A DNA stretch of 64,000 nt, taken from positions 4,245 to 68,244 of the forward strand of contig JAOABK010000008.1 in assembly GCA_026418415.1 (NCBI GenBank), in the 5' to 3' direction. This DNA is from Pseudomonadota bacterium. GTDB lineage: Bacteria; CALINM01. Shown here one piece after another: positions 21,356 through 30,206 of the stretch (position 1 is the first letter of the stretch; each line of letters begins with the position of its first letter). A program made the translations under genes and the position numbers. The notes beneath the pieces were generated by a model, which worked only from the letters and a program-made list of their open reading frames with translations, was not told where the DNA came from and ran no database searches.

Positions 21356-21429
21356 AAAAAAATCCAATTTATCTAAATAATAAGTTTTTTGTTTGATTTT
21401 TGCAATATATAAGACATAATATTATAGAT

Positions 21430-22881
21430 ATGCGTAAATTTTTAGTTTTCTTCCTTTTTTTATTTTTCATCACTGGATGTGATAGGGCTGATACTGATTT
21501 CTTTAAAAATCTATTTTCCCCAAAAAAATCAACACCTACAGATCAACCACAAAAGATAACTCCACCTGAACAGATTTTAAATATACAGCAGGCCTTTGAA
21601 AAAGTTGCTGAAGTGGCATTACCAGCAGTAGTAAACATCTATACAAACCAGCGTGTGAAAGTTAGACCCTTTTATCCTATGCCCTTTGATGATTCCCCAC
21701 TATTTAGAGATTTTTTTGAAGAATTCTTTAATGATTTATTACCAAAGGAACGGGAATATAAATCAACCAGCCTGGGCTCTGGATTTATAATATCCCAAGA
21801 TGGTTATATTGTAACAAATGACCACGTTATTAGAAATGCAGATGAGATAAATGTTAAACTTCACGATAAAAGAACTTTTAAAGCAAAAGTAGTTGGAAGA
21901 GATGCGAAAACTGATGTGGCAGTTATAAAAATTAATGCAGATAATCTACCCTATCTAAAATTCGGTGATAGTGGAAAGATTAAAATTGGACAATGGGCAA
22001 TTGCTGTAGGAAATCCATTTGGGTTAAACGGCACGCTAACAGTAGGTGTTATTAGTGCTACTGGTAGGAGCAACTTAGGCATAGAAACCTATGAAGACTT
22101 TATTCAAACAGATGCATCAATAAACCCGGGGAATTCTGGTGGACCTTTGCTAAACATATATGGAGAAGTGATTGGGATAAATACAGCAATTGTGGCTACA
22201 GGACAGGGAATTGGCTTTGCAATTCCAGCAAACATGGCAAAAAATATCATCGAACAAATAATTAAAAAGGGGACTATTGAAAGAAGTTGGTTAGGGGTAG
22301 GAATTCAGAAACTAACCCCAGAGTTGGCCGAATCTATGGGGATTAAGAAAGTAGAAGGTATTTTAGTTAATAGAGTATACGAAAACTCTCCAGCTGAAAA
22401 GGCAGGAATTAAAGAAGGAGATGTTATCTTAGAGTGCGATGGCAAAAAATTAGAAGATCCTTCAGACTTACAGAAAATAGTTATTGGGGTACCTGTTGGC
22501 ACTACTTTAAAACTCAAAATACTTAGAGATAATAAGATTTTATCTATAGATATAAAAACAGATAAAATGCCCTCTGATGAAAAAATAGAAAAATCAGAAA
22601 TAACAAAAAATATTCTTGGCATAAAAGTTCGAGATCTTTTACCCAAAGAAAAAAAAGATGCCTTTTATAAGTTTGGAGTTGTAGTAGTAGAAGTAATGCC
22701 GAACTCACCAGCAGATGTAGCGGGCATCATGGAAGGTGACATCATATTTACCATTAACCAGAAGCAGATAAAAAATACCAATGACTTCAAGCAAGTTGTT
22801 TCAAATCTTAAGAGAGGAAGCATTATAAATATCTTTTTACAGCGAGATAATAGAACCTTTTATATAGCAGTTAAGCTATAG
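21430..22881 (+). CDS. htrA: Periplasmic serine endoprotease DegP/HtrA (trypsin domain + 2 PDZ)
   Basis: Catalytic contexts TNDHV, DVAVIK, GNSGGPL, and two PDZ domains. Lipobox ITGC after MRKFLVFFLFLFF. The track start at 21400 is TTG, so the ATG at 21430 is used. Confidence 0.9.
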   Translation: MRKFLVFFLFLFFITGCDRADTDFFKNLFSPKKSTPTDQPQKITPPEQILNIQQAFEKVAEVALPAVVNIYTNQRVKVRPFYPMPFDDSPLFRDFFEEFFNDLLPKEREYKSTSLGSGFIISQDGYIVTNDHVIRNADEINVKLHDKRTFKAKVVGRDAKTDVAVIKINADNLPYLKFGDSGKIKIGQWAIAVGNPFGLNGTLTVGVISATGRSNLGIETYEDFIQTDASINPGNSGGPLLNIYGEVIGINTAIVATGQGIGFAIPANMAKNIIEQIIKKGTIERSWLGVGIQKLTPELAESMGIKKVEGILVNRVYENSPAEKAGIKEGDVILECDGKKLEDPSDLQKIVIGVPVGTTLKLKILRDNKILSIDIKTDKMPSDEKIEKSEITKNILGIKVRDLLPKEKKDAFYKFGVVVVEVMPNSPADVAGIMEGDIIFTINQKQIKNTNDFKQVVSNLKRGSIINIFLQRDNRTFYIAVKL

Positions 22882-22890
22882 GGGGAAAAT

Positions 22891-23151
22891 ATGGCACTTA
22901 TACAAAATGAAGAACAAGCTTTTAGACTTGCTAAAGCGATAGTTTCTGATATCCTACTATACAATCAAGATAAAGTTAAAACTGGCATTGAAAATGATAA
23001 CCTTTTCGAAAAGCTGAATGCTGAGTTAGATGAAGGGAAAAAGCTTTTTCAAAGTAGGGTAGATAAATCCATACCAATCTCAATATTTGATAGAGCTGTA
23101 GTAGATGTCCTTTTTAAATCATCGGGCAGATATGATTCCAAAATATGGTAA
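22891..23151 (+). CDS. Small conserved-looking hypothetical protein (86 aa)
   Basis: GGGGGA RBS-like purine run upstream. AKAIVSDILLYNQDKV helix motif. 7-nt overlap with rluD suggests co-translation. No family assigned. Confidence 0.4.
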   Translation: MALIQNEEQAFRLAKAIVSDILLYNQDKVKTGIENDNLFEKLNAELDEGKKLFQSRVDKSIPISIFDRAVVDVLFKSSGRYDSKIW

Positions 23152-24101
23152 TTTCTATAAAGGTTGAATCTTTCGCTAAAAGGGCAGACCTCTTTTTATC
23201 TGAAAAACTTGGTATTACAAGAAGCAGAATCCAAAATCTCATTGAAAAAGGTTTTATATTACTTAACTCAAATCCTTTCAAACCCTCTTCTCGCCTAAAG
23301 ATGGGCGATCTAATAACTGGAAATATTCCAGAAGAGGAGGAGGAATCAGAACTTAAGCCGATTAATTTTCCTCTCGATATTATTTATGAAGACGAATCAA
23401 TTATAGTGATTAACAAACCAAAAGGAATAGTAGTTCATCCATCCTTTGGTCACAAAGAAGATACAATTGTTAATGCTCTTTTATACCATTGTAAGGATTT
23501 ATTAAATATTGGTGGCACAAAAAGACCAGGAGTCGTTCATAGACTTGATAAAGATACTTCTGGAATACTACTTTTTGCGAAAAATGAACATGCACTTTAC
23601 AATTTACAAAAACAATTCAAAAATAGAGCAGTTACGAAAAAATATTTAGCCCTTTTATTAGGAAAACCCGAAAAGGACAGAGATACTATAATCACAAATA
23701 TTGGTAGGCACCCAAAAGATAGAAAAAAATTTGCAGTAACAAAAGAAGGGCGACCTGCAATTACTGAATATAATATACTAAAATTTCTATTAGGCGTCTC
23801 TTTGGCAGAAATTACTATTAAAACGGGACGAACTCATCAGATTAGAGTACACATGAGTTACATAAATGCTCCGATTATTGGCGATATGGATTATAACAAA
23901 AAAAACTATGAAAATATTATCAAGGACAAAAATCTACTTCAACTATGTAAAGAAATAAAGGGGCAGGCTTTGTGTGCACATTTTCTCTCTTTTAAGCATC
24001 CTATAACAAATAAGATTATGAATTTTAAAGTTTCTCCGCCAAAGGAGATGCAAAAAATTATAGACTGGATGAAAGATTATGGAGCTAATAAAGAAACCTG
24101 A
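23145..24101 (+). CDS. rluD: 23S rRNA pseudouridine synthase, RluA/RluD family
   Basis: N-terminal S4-like domain, HRLDKDTSG catalytic Asp motif, GRTHQIRVH. 318 aa. Confidence 0.88.
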   Translation: MVISIKVESFAKRADLFLSEKLGITRSRIQNLIEKGFILLNSNPFKPSSRLKMGDLITGNIPEEEEESELKPINFPLDIIYEDESIIVINKPKGIVVHPSFGHKEDTIVNALLYHCKDLLNIGGTKRPGVVHRLDKDTSGILLFAKNEHALYNLQKQFKNRAVTKKYLALLLGKPEKDRDTIITNIGRHPKDRKKFAVTKEGRPAITEYNILKFLLGVSLAEITIKTGRTHQIRVHMSYINAPIIGDMDYNKKNYENIIKDKNLLQLCKEIKGQALCAHFLSFKHPITNKIMNFKVSPPKEMQKIIDWMKDYGANKET

Positions 24102-24828
24102 TTATAGTTATATAAAACCCACAAAAGATTTCGAGGGGGTAAAAATTTTCTTCCTTTCGAAACACTTGGGTATTCACGTAGATGAATTGAACACTGATTC
24201 TTTGCCCTCTCAGAAAGAGTTGCAAAAAATATCATCTTACTTCCCAATTAATACAAAGGAGATGATTTTCTTAAAACAAGTACACGGTGATGAAGTAATA
24301 AACAAAACAAATAAAAAGATGTCCTATCCAACTGCAGATGGCATAATAACGCCTCTTAAACATGTTGCCCTTTTTTTAAAAACAGCTGATTGTGTTCCAA
24401 TCTTTCTTTTTGACCCAATAAATAAGATTATAGGTGCTGTCCATGCTGGTTGGCGTGGAACAAGTCTGAAAATTTTAAAAAAAGCCATCCAAAAGATGGA
24501 ACATTTTTATAGAACAAAACCAGAGGAAGTATTTTTATATATTGGTCCCTCCATAGGGCCTTGCTGTTATCAGGTCAAGGAAGATGTATATACCCATTTT
24601 AGTTTCTTAGGCAAAGAAAAACAAAACTTCTTTACAAGAAGAAAAGATAAAAGCTATATGATGGATCTCAAGGGCATTAATGCTCATATTGCTGAACAAG
24701 CTGGAGTTCTTATTGAAAAAATCGAAATTTCTGATCTTTGTACCCATTGTAATCCAGATCTTTTCTATTCCTATAGAAGAGATAAAGAAGAAACCGGAAG
24801 AAATCTAAGCTTCATAATGATGACATGA
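24079..24828 (+). CDS. pgeF: Peptidoglycan editing factor PgeF (YfiH, DUF152 laccase-domain protein)
   Basis: QVHGDEV, TADCVPI and VHAGWRG motifs, C-terminal YSYRRD. rluD-yfiH synteny as in E. coli. Confidence 0.85.
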   Translation: MELIKKPDYSYIKPTKDFEGVKIFFLSKHLGIHVDELNTDSLPSQKELQKISSYFPINTKEMIFLKQVHGDEVINKTNKKMSYPTADGIITPLKHVALFLKTADCVPIFLFDPINKIIGAVHAGWRGTSLKILKKAIQKMEHFYRTKPEEVFLYIGPSIGPCCYQVKEDVYTHFSFLGKEKQNFFTRRKDKSYMMDLKGINAHIAEQAGVLIEKIEISDLCTHCNPDLFYSYRRDKEETGRNLSFIMMT

Positions 24829-26189
24829 TAGAAAATTTAGATAAAAGAAGGGTCAGAATTCAAAGGGATGGTAAAATTTTTCAAGGTCCTGTAATTTACT
24901 GGATGAGCAGGGATCAAAGATTATCTGATAATTGGGCTCTTATATATGCCCAACAAATCGCACTTGAAACTAAAAGCGAGTTAGTAGTTCTATTTTACCT
25001 TGTTAGAAAGTTTCTTGATGCCACAATTAGACAATATGATTTCATGATAAGGGGACTACAAAAAGTTGAATTTAAATTAAAAGAAAAAAATATCCCCTTT
25101 CATATAATTTTAGGAGACCCTTCTGAAGAAATTCCTGAATTTATATCAAAAATTAAGGCATCCATACTAATCTCAGATTTTGATCCCTTAAAAATAAAAA
25201 GGCATTGGAAAAAAGAAATCGCAAAAAAAATTGCAATACCCTTTCATGAGGTCGATGCCCATAATATTGTCCCCTGTTTTATTGCTTCTTCCAAAAAAGA
25301 ATTAGGTGCTTATACATTAAGACCTAAAATACTTAAACTTCTGCCTCAATTTTTGACCGAATTTCCTGAAATTCTAAAACATCCCTATAACAAAGCAATG
25401 ATGCCAGAAAATAATTTTTCAAAACTTTATGATTTCCTTGAGGTAGATAGAACCGTAAAGCCAGTTTCTATCGAATCAGGAGAAGATGCGGGCATAAAAA
25501 AACTTAAAGATGTTATAAAAACTAAACTTTATGGTTATGCTACCTTTAGAAATGATCCCTCTTTAGATTATCAATCTGGACTTTCTCCCTACCTTCATTT
25601 TGGCCAATTATCTGCTCAAAGGGTAGCATTAGAAGTCAAGAACTCTAATGCACAAGAAATCGATAAAAAGGCATTTTTAGAGGAGTTAATAATAAGAAAG
25701 GAGTTATCAGATAACTTTTGTTTATATGATGATAACTATGATAGTTATGAATCATTTCCCCTGTGGGCTATAGAAACACTAAGAAAACATAACAAAGACA
25801 AGAGGGATTATATTTATTCAATTCAAGAACTTGAACATGCAAAAACCCATGATATATATTGGAACAGTGCTCAAAAAGAAATGGTCTTAACAGGTAAAAT
25901 GCATGGTTATATGCGTATGTATTGGGCTAAAAAAATATTAGAGTGGACAGAAAATTTTGAAGAGGCACAAAAAATTGCTATATATCTTAATGACAAATAC
26001 GAGCTCGATGGTAGAGACCCAAATGGATATGCTGGAATTGCCTGGTCTATTGGAGGAGTTCATGACAGGCCTTGGAAGGAAAGACCCATATTTGGGAAAA
26101 TAAGATATATGTCCTTTGAGGGTTTGAAAAGAAAGTTTAACATGGATGGATATATAAAGAGGATAAACAACTTAGAGAGATATTTATGA
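24825..26189 (+). CDS. phr: Class II CPD deoxyribodipyrimidine photolyase
   Basis: N-terminal VIYWMSRDQRLSDNWAL and C-terminal GKMHGYMRMYWAKKILEW...DGRDPNGY..I.WSIGG.HDR are class II photolyase signatures. Confidence 0.85.
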   Translation: MIENLDKRRVRIQRDGKIFQGPVIYWMSRDQRLSDNWALIYAQQIALETKSELVVLFYLVRKFLDATIRQYDFMIRGLQKVEFKLKEKNIPFHIILGDPSEEIPEFISKIKASILISDFDPLKIKRHWKKEIAKKIAIPFHEVDAHNIVPCFIASSKKELGAYTLRPKILKLLPQFLTEFPEILKHPYNKAMMPENNFSKLYDFLEVDRTVKPVSIESGEDAGIKKLKDVIKTKLYGYATFRNDPSLDYQSGLSPYLHFGQLSAQRVALEVKNSNAQEIDKKAFLEELIIRKELSDNFCLYDDNYDSYESFPLWAIETLRKHNKDKRDYIYSIQELEHAKTHDIYWNSAQKEMVLTGKMHGYMRMYWAKKILEWTENFEEAQKIAIYLNDKYELDGRDPNGYAGIAWSIGGVHDRPWKERPIFGKIRYMSFEGLKRKFNMDGYIKRINNLERYL

Positions 26190-26797
26190 TTTTAATAGGA
26201 ATTACAGGAGTAATTGGCAGTGGTAAGACAACAGTAGCTGGAATCTTAAAGAAATTAAATATACCAGTTATCGATGCCGATGAAATAAGTAGAAAAGTAA
26301 CCAAAAAAGATGGTCCTGCATACATAGAAATTATAAAGCACTTTGGCGCTGAAATTCTTAATCAAGATGGTGAGATAAATAGAAAAAAGCTCGCAAATAT
26401 CGTATTTAATGATATTAACAAAAAAAAACTCTTAGAAAGTATCATTCACCCACTTGTACAGATTGAAAGAGAAAAGATGATTAAAGAGATATGCGCTGAA
26501 AACCCTAATGCCATTGTTGCCCTTGATATACCACTTCTTTTTGAAGCGGGGCTTGAAAATACTGTTGACTATATTATTTGCACCTATGCTGATATAGACA
26601 CAATATATGAAAGAGTGAAAGAGAGAGATAATGTTTCAAAAGAAGAATTTCTGTTAAGATTAAGCAACCAATTACCCTTGGAAGAAAAAATTAAAAGAAG
26701 CCATTTTGTTATAGATACCAGAAAAGACTTAAAAGAGATCGAATCAGAGCTGAAAGATATTATCAAAAAAATTGCACCTAACTTTGTTATCACATAA
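26186..26797 (+). CDS. coaE: Dephospho-CoA kinase
   Basis: GITGVIGSGKTT P-loop at the N-terminus, HPLV motif. 203 aa. ATGA overlap with the photolyase stop. Confidence 0.9.
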   Translation: MILIGITGVIGSGKTTVAGILKKLNIPVIDADEISRKVTKKDGPAYIEIIKHFGAEILNQDGEINRKKLANIVFNDINKKKLLESIIHPLVQIEREKMIKEICAENPNAIVALDIPLLFEAGLENTVDYIICTYADIDTIYERVKERDNVSKEEFLLRLSNQLPLEEKIKRSHFVIDTRKDLKEIESELKDIIKKIAPNFVIT

Positions 26798-27691
26798 AAG
26801 CTTTTCAGCAATAAGACAAAAATTGCATTTCTCTCTATATGTAAGATATCCACAATTTATACAAAACTGGTTTTCCTCTTCTAATGGATTTTCTTGACTT
26901 TTTTTAAATAGTTCCTTGTTTTCAATTATCTTTTTAAAAAATCTAAGTTTAGTCCCGGGACTTCTTTCCTCTATTAAATTCAGCGCTCTTTTATATACCA
27001 TTGAAGTTGCACCTTTTGAGTAGGGACACTCATCATAAATATAGTCGATACCGTTTAAAATGGTATATCCAGCCACTTCCTTTTCGGTCAAAAAACTTAA
27101 TGGCTTTACCTTCTTTAAAGCTTTATCTTTTGAGGGAAGAATAATCCTATCTTTGTCAAGCCTTTGAATATCAAAATTTAAAACACTTCCAAGGGCAAAT
27201 GATGCCTCATCATCAAGGTTGTGCCCAGTTGCAAGAACTGTATAACCCTCTTCTAATCCAAATCTATTCATCACATATCGTTTGATTATTCCACAAACTG
27301 AACAACTATTTCTCCTAATCTTTTTTGATATTTCAAAAACACCTATACCAAAAAAACTTTTTAAATCAAAAACATAAATTGGAACATCATATTTTTTAGA
27401 AAAAATCATGCACTTTTCTTGAGATGCATCGGAATATACTGGAATTCCAAGGTTTATATAAAATCCAGTAACATTGAATCCCATTTTTTTTAGGATATGT
27501 AAAAGTGCCAAACTATCCTTCCCACCAGATACTGCAACAAGAATTTTATCAATAATATTAAAAAGACTATATTTTTCAATAGTTTTAGTGACTCTTTTTT
27601 CTATGAACTCTAAGAAATGGCCTTTACACAATGAAATATTATGATTTCTAAGCTCAATTTGAGCCACTTCGCCACAGAGTTTACATTTCAT
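26744..27691 (-). CDS. ttuA: TtuA-like tRNA 2-thiolation ATP-pyrophosphatase (PP-loop with N- and C-terminal zinc fingers)
   Basis: SGGKDS PP-loop. N-terminal CKLCG...CKGH and C-terminal CINCG...CNFC zinc-finger pairs, plus central CSVCG. Directly downstream of a GG-terminated ThiS-like gene. Confidence 0.75.
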   Translation of the reverse strand: MKCKLCGEVAQIELRNHNISLCKGHFLEFIEKRVTKTIEKYSLFNIIDKILVAVSGGKDSLALLHILKKMGFNVTGFYINLGIPVYSDASQEKCMIFSKKYDVPIYVFDLKSFFGIGVFEISKKIRRNSCSVCGIIKRYVMNRFGLEEGYTVLATGHNLDDEASFALGSVLNFDIQRLDKDRIILPSKDKALKKVKPLSFLTEKEVAGYTILNGIDYIYDECPYSKGATSMVYKRALNLIEERSPGTKLRFFKKIIENKELFKKSQENPLEEENQFCINCGYLTYREKCNFCLIAEKLLCDNKVRCNFFDNIFQL

Positions 27692-27693
27692 CT

Positions 27694-27885
27694 CTATCCA
27701 CCTGAAACAACTCTTATAATCTTAATTGTGTCATCTTTGCCAATAACCCTATCTGGGGTTGCTAAATTACCATCTTCAAGTATGACCAGATATATTTCTT
27801 GGTTAAGCCCAAGTTTTTTAAGAATCTCTTTCACCGTCATTGAATGTTCAAAACTATAAGTTTTACCATCAACATGAACATGCAT
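27694..27885 (-). CDS. ThiS/MoaD/TtuB-like ubiquitin-fold sulfur carrier (C-terminal Gly-Gly)
   Basis: 63 aa ending ...IIRVVSGG-stop. Only 2 nt separate it from the ttuA-like start. Confidence 0.65.
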   Translation of the reverse strand: MHVHVDGKTYSFEHSMTVKEILKKLGLNQEIYLVILEDGNLATPDRVIGKDDTIKIIRVVSGG

Positions 27886-27891
27886 ACTTAA

Positions 27892-29202
27892 TTACCTCTT
27901 TTTTCTGAAAATAATTTTAATTGGCGCACCAGTGAATTCATATTTTTCTCTTAATTGATTTTCAATATATTTAATATGTGAACTTGGCACCGCCTCTGGA
28001 TAATTAGAAAAAAATATGAATAGAGGGGGATTAATATCTTGCTGAGTACCATAATAAATCTTTACCCTTTTACCTTTATAAATTGGCATTGGATTTCTTT
28101 CTTGAAGTTCAGAAACAATTCTGTTTAATACCCCCGTAGAAACTCTTCTTTTCATAGCATTCATAACCTTATCAATTTCCCCAAATATTCTGTTTATATT
28201 TTTACCTGTTAAAGCAGAGCCAAAAATCACAGGGGCATAGTTTACAAAAGGCAATGTATTTTGTAACATCTTCTTATAAAAAGATTCGGTTTTATCAGTT
28301 TTCTCTACCCTATCCCATTTATTCATTAAGATAATGCATCCCCTTCCCTTTTCCTGTATCAATTGTGCAATTTTTTGTTCCTGTTCACTTACACCTTCAT
28401 ATGCATCTATTACAAGAATTGCTACATCGACCCTCTCCAATGCTCTTATCGCAGACATAACGCTGAATTTTTCTAATTTTAAAGATATTCTTGATTTTCT
28501 TCTAATACCAGCTGTATCAACAAAAAGATAAGTCCTATTATTAAAGATTACTTCTGAGTCTATTGCATCCCTTGTAGTCCCAGCAACATCGCTAACGATT
28601 GCTCTTTCCGAACCAAGCAGGCGATTTATTAATGAGGATTTACCAACGTTAGGCTTCCCAAGTACTACAACTCTTGAGTCATATCTTTTTTCCTCATAAA
28701 ATTTTGTTTCTGGCAAAAATTCAATCAATTCATCAAGTAGTTCATAAACACCATGTCCATGCTCTGCAGATGTGGGATATATCTTTTCTATCCCAAGGGC
28801 ATAAAATTCTGGTAACCTTAACTCATGAGATTTATGATCTATCTTATTAACCACATAAAAAACAGGTTTTCTAAGCTTCCTTAAATATTCAACAAGCTCT
28901 TTATCGAGAGGATTTAAGCCCTCTTTACCATCAAATACTGCGATAACAATATCTGCTTCTTCTAAAGCTAACTCAACCTGTTTTTTAATCTCCTTTAAGA
29001 TAGGTTCTTCTGAATGGATAAAAAATCCACCTGTATCAACAAGCATAAAATGCTTATTTTTATATTCCACTTCTGCATAGTTTCTATCCCTTGTTACACC
29101 AGGTTCATCTTGAACTATTGCTATCTTCTTACCTATAATCACGTTAAATAGACTGGATTTACCTACATTAGGTCTTCCAACAATTGCTACTATTGGCTTC
29201 AT
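27892..29202 (-). CDS. der: Ribosome-assembly GTPase Der (EngA)
   Basis: Two tandem GTPase domains (GRPNVGKSS...DTGG...NKID and GKPNVGKSS...DTAG...NKWD) plus a KH-like C-terminus. Confidence 0.95.
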   Translation of the reverse strand: MKPIVAIVGRPNVGKSSLFNVIIGKKIAIVQDEPGVTRDRNYAEVEYKNKHFMLVDTGGFFIHSEEPILKEIKKQVELALEEADIVIAVFDGKEGLNPLDKELVEYLRKLRKPVFYVVNKIDHKSHELRLPEFYALGIEKIYPTSAEHGHGVYELLDELIEFLPETKFYEEKRYDSRVVVLGKPNVGKSSLINRLLGSERAIVSDVAGTTRDAIDSEVIFNNRTYLFVDTAGIRRKSRISLKLEKFSVMSAIRALERVDVAILVIDAYEGVSEQEQKIAQLIQEKGRGCIILMNKWDRVEKTDKTESFYKKMLQNTLPFVNYAPVIFGSALTGKNINRIFGEIDKVMNAMKRRVSTGVLNRIVSELQERNPMPIYKGKRVKIYYGTQQDINPPLFIFFSNYPEAVPSSHIKYIENQLREKYEFTGAPIKIIFRKKR

Positions 29203-30206
29203 ATAAGACCACTGTTTGCAATTCTATCAAAAACTTCTTTTGGTGAAATTTCAAGGCAAAATTTATCTTTTCTTTTACATTCCTTCTCAAAACAGGGTGA
29301 ACAGTAGAGATCTTCCTTTCTAATTATAAAATTTTTACCCCTTAAGTTATAAGGACCAGTTCTAATATGGGAAGTAGGTCCAAAAAGGGCAAAAATATTT
29401 GCACCTGCAGAACTTGCGATATGCATTGCACCTGAATCACAGGTTATAACAAATTTTGATAGCTTCATAAGCTCATATAATTCAAGTAATGTAAACTTAC
29501 CTATAAAATTATTTTTTACATCTTTTTTCAAAAATTCATTTCTTGCTCCTATCCAGACAACATCAATGCCTTTTTGGTTTAATAATCTTTCAAGTTCATA
29601 GAAATTTTCTTCCTCCCACCTTTTCGTATCCCATCGCGTGAAGGGACAAAAAACCACAAAGTTTTTATAATAGAGATCACCAAGCTTTTCTTTTAGAGAC
29701 TCTCGATCTCTTTGAGTAGATGGTATAAAAAACTCTAATTCTTCCCTTGTCCATTTTAAGTTTAATGGCTCAAGAAGCTGGAGATACCTTTCTACCGCAT
29801 GTTTAGTATAATCTCCCTCAACCTTCTCGTTATACCAAAAGGATGCAAACTCTCTCGCATTTGAAAAACCGATATTTTTCTTGCCATGCGCCATCATTAC
29901 AACAAGAGCACTTTTAAAGAGCCCTTGAACATCTAATACAACGTCATACCTTTTGCTTTTTAGTTTCATTGCGAATTTCTTTATTTCTCTTCTGTTCTTT
30001 ATAAAACCAATTAAGTTTAACCAATCCCTTCTCTTAAAAGGAATTACTTCATTTATATTAGGGTTTCCTTTTAATAGACATGAATATTCTTCATTAACCA
30101 CCCAATCTATCTGTGCATTTGGTAAATTCTTTTTTAAAACCCCCACCATTGGTATTGTGTGTATCACATCACCAAGAGAGCTCATCTTTATTATAAGTAT
30201 TCTCAC
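29199..30206 (-). CDS. Glycosyltransferase family 9 (LPS heptosyltransferase-like)
   Basis: ILIIKMSSLGDVIHT N-terminus and DSGAMHIASSAG near the C-terminus. GTG start forms a GTGA overlap with the upstream gene, and there is an ATGA overlap with der. Confidence 0.8.
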   Translation of the reverse strand: MRILIIKMSSLGDVIHTIPMVGVLKKNLPNAQIDWVVNEEYSCLLKGNPNINEVIPFKRRDWLNLIGFIKNRREIKKFAMKLKSKRYDVVLDVQGLFKSALVVMMAHGKKNIGFSNAREFASFWYNEKVEGDYTKHAVERYLQLLEPLNLKWTREELEFFIPSTQRDRESLKEKLGDLYYKNFVVFCPFTRWDTKRWEEENFYELERLLNQKGIDVVWIGARNEFLKKDVKNNFIGKFTLLELYELMKLSKFVITCDSGAMHIASSAGANIFALFGPTSHIRTGPYNLRGKNFIIRKEDLYCSPCFEKECKRKDKFCLEISPKEVFDRIANSGLI

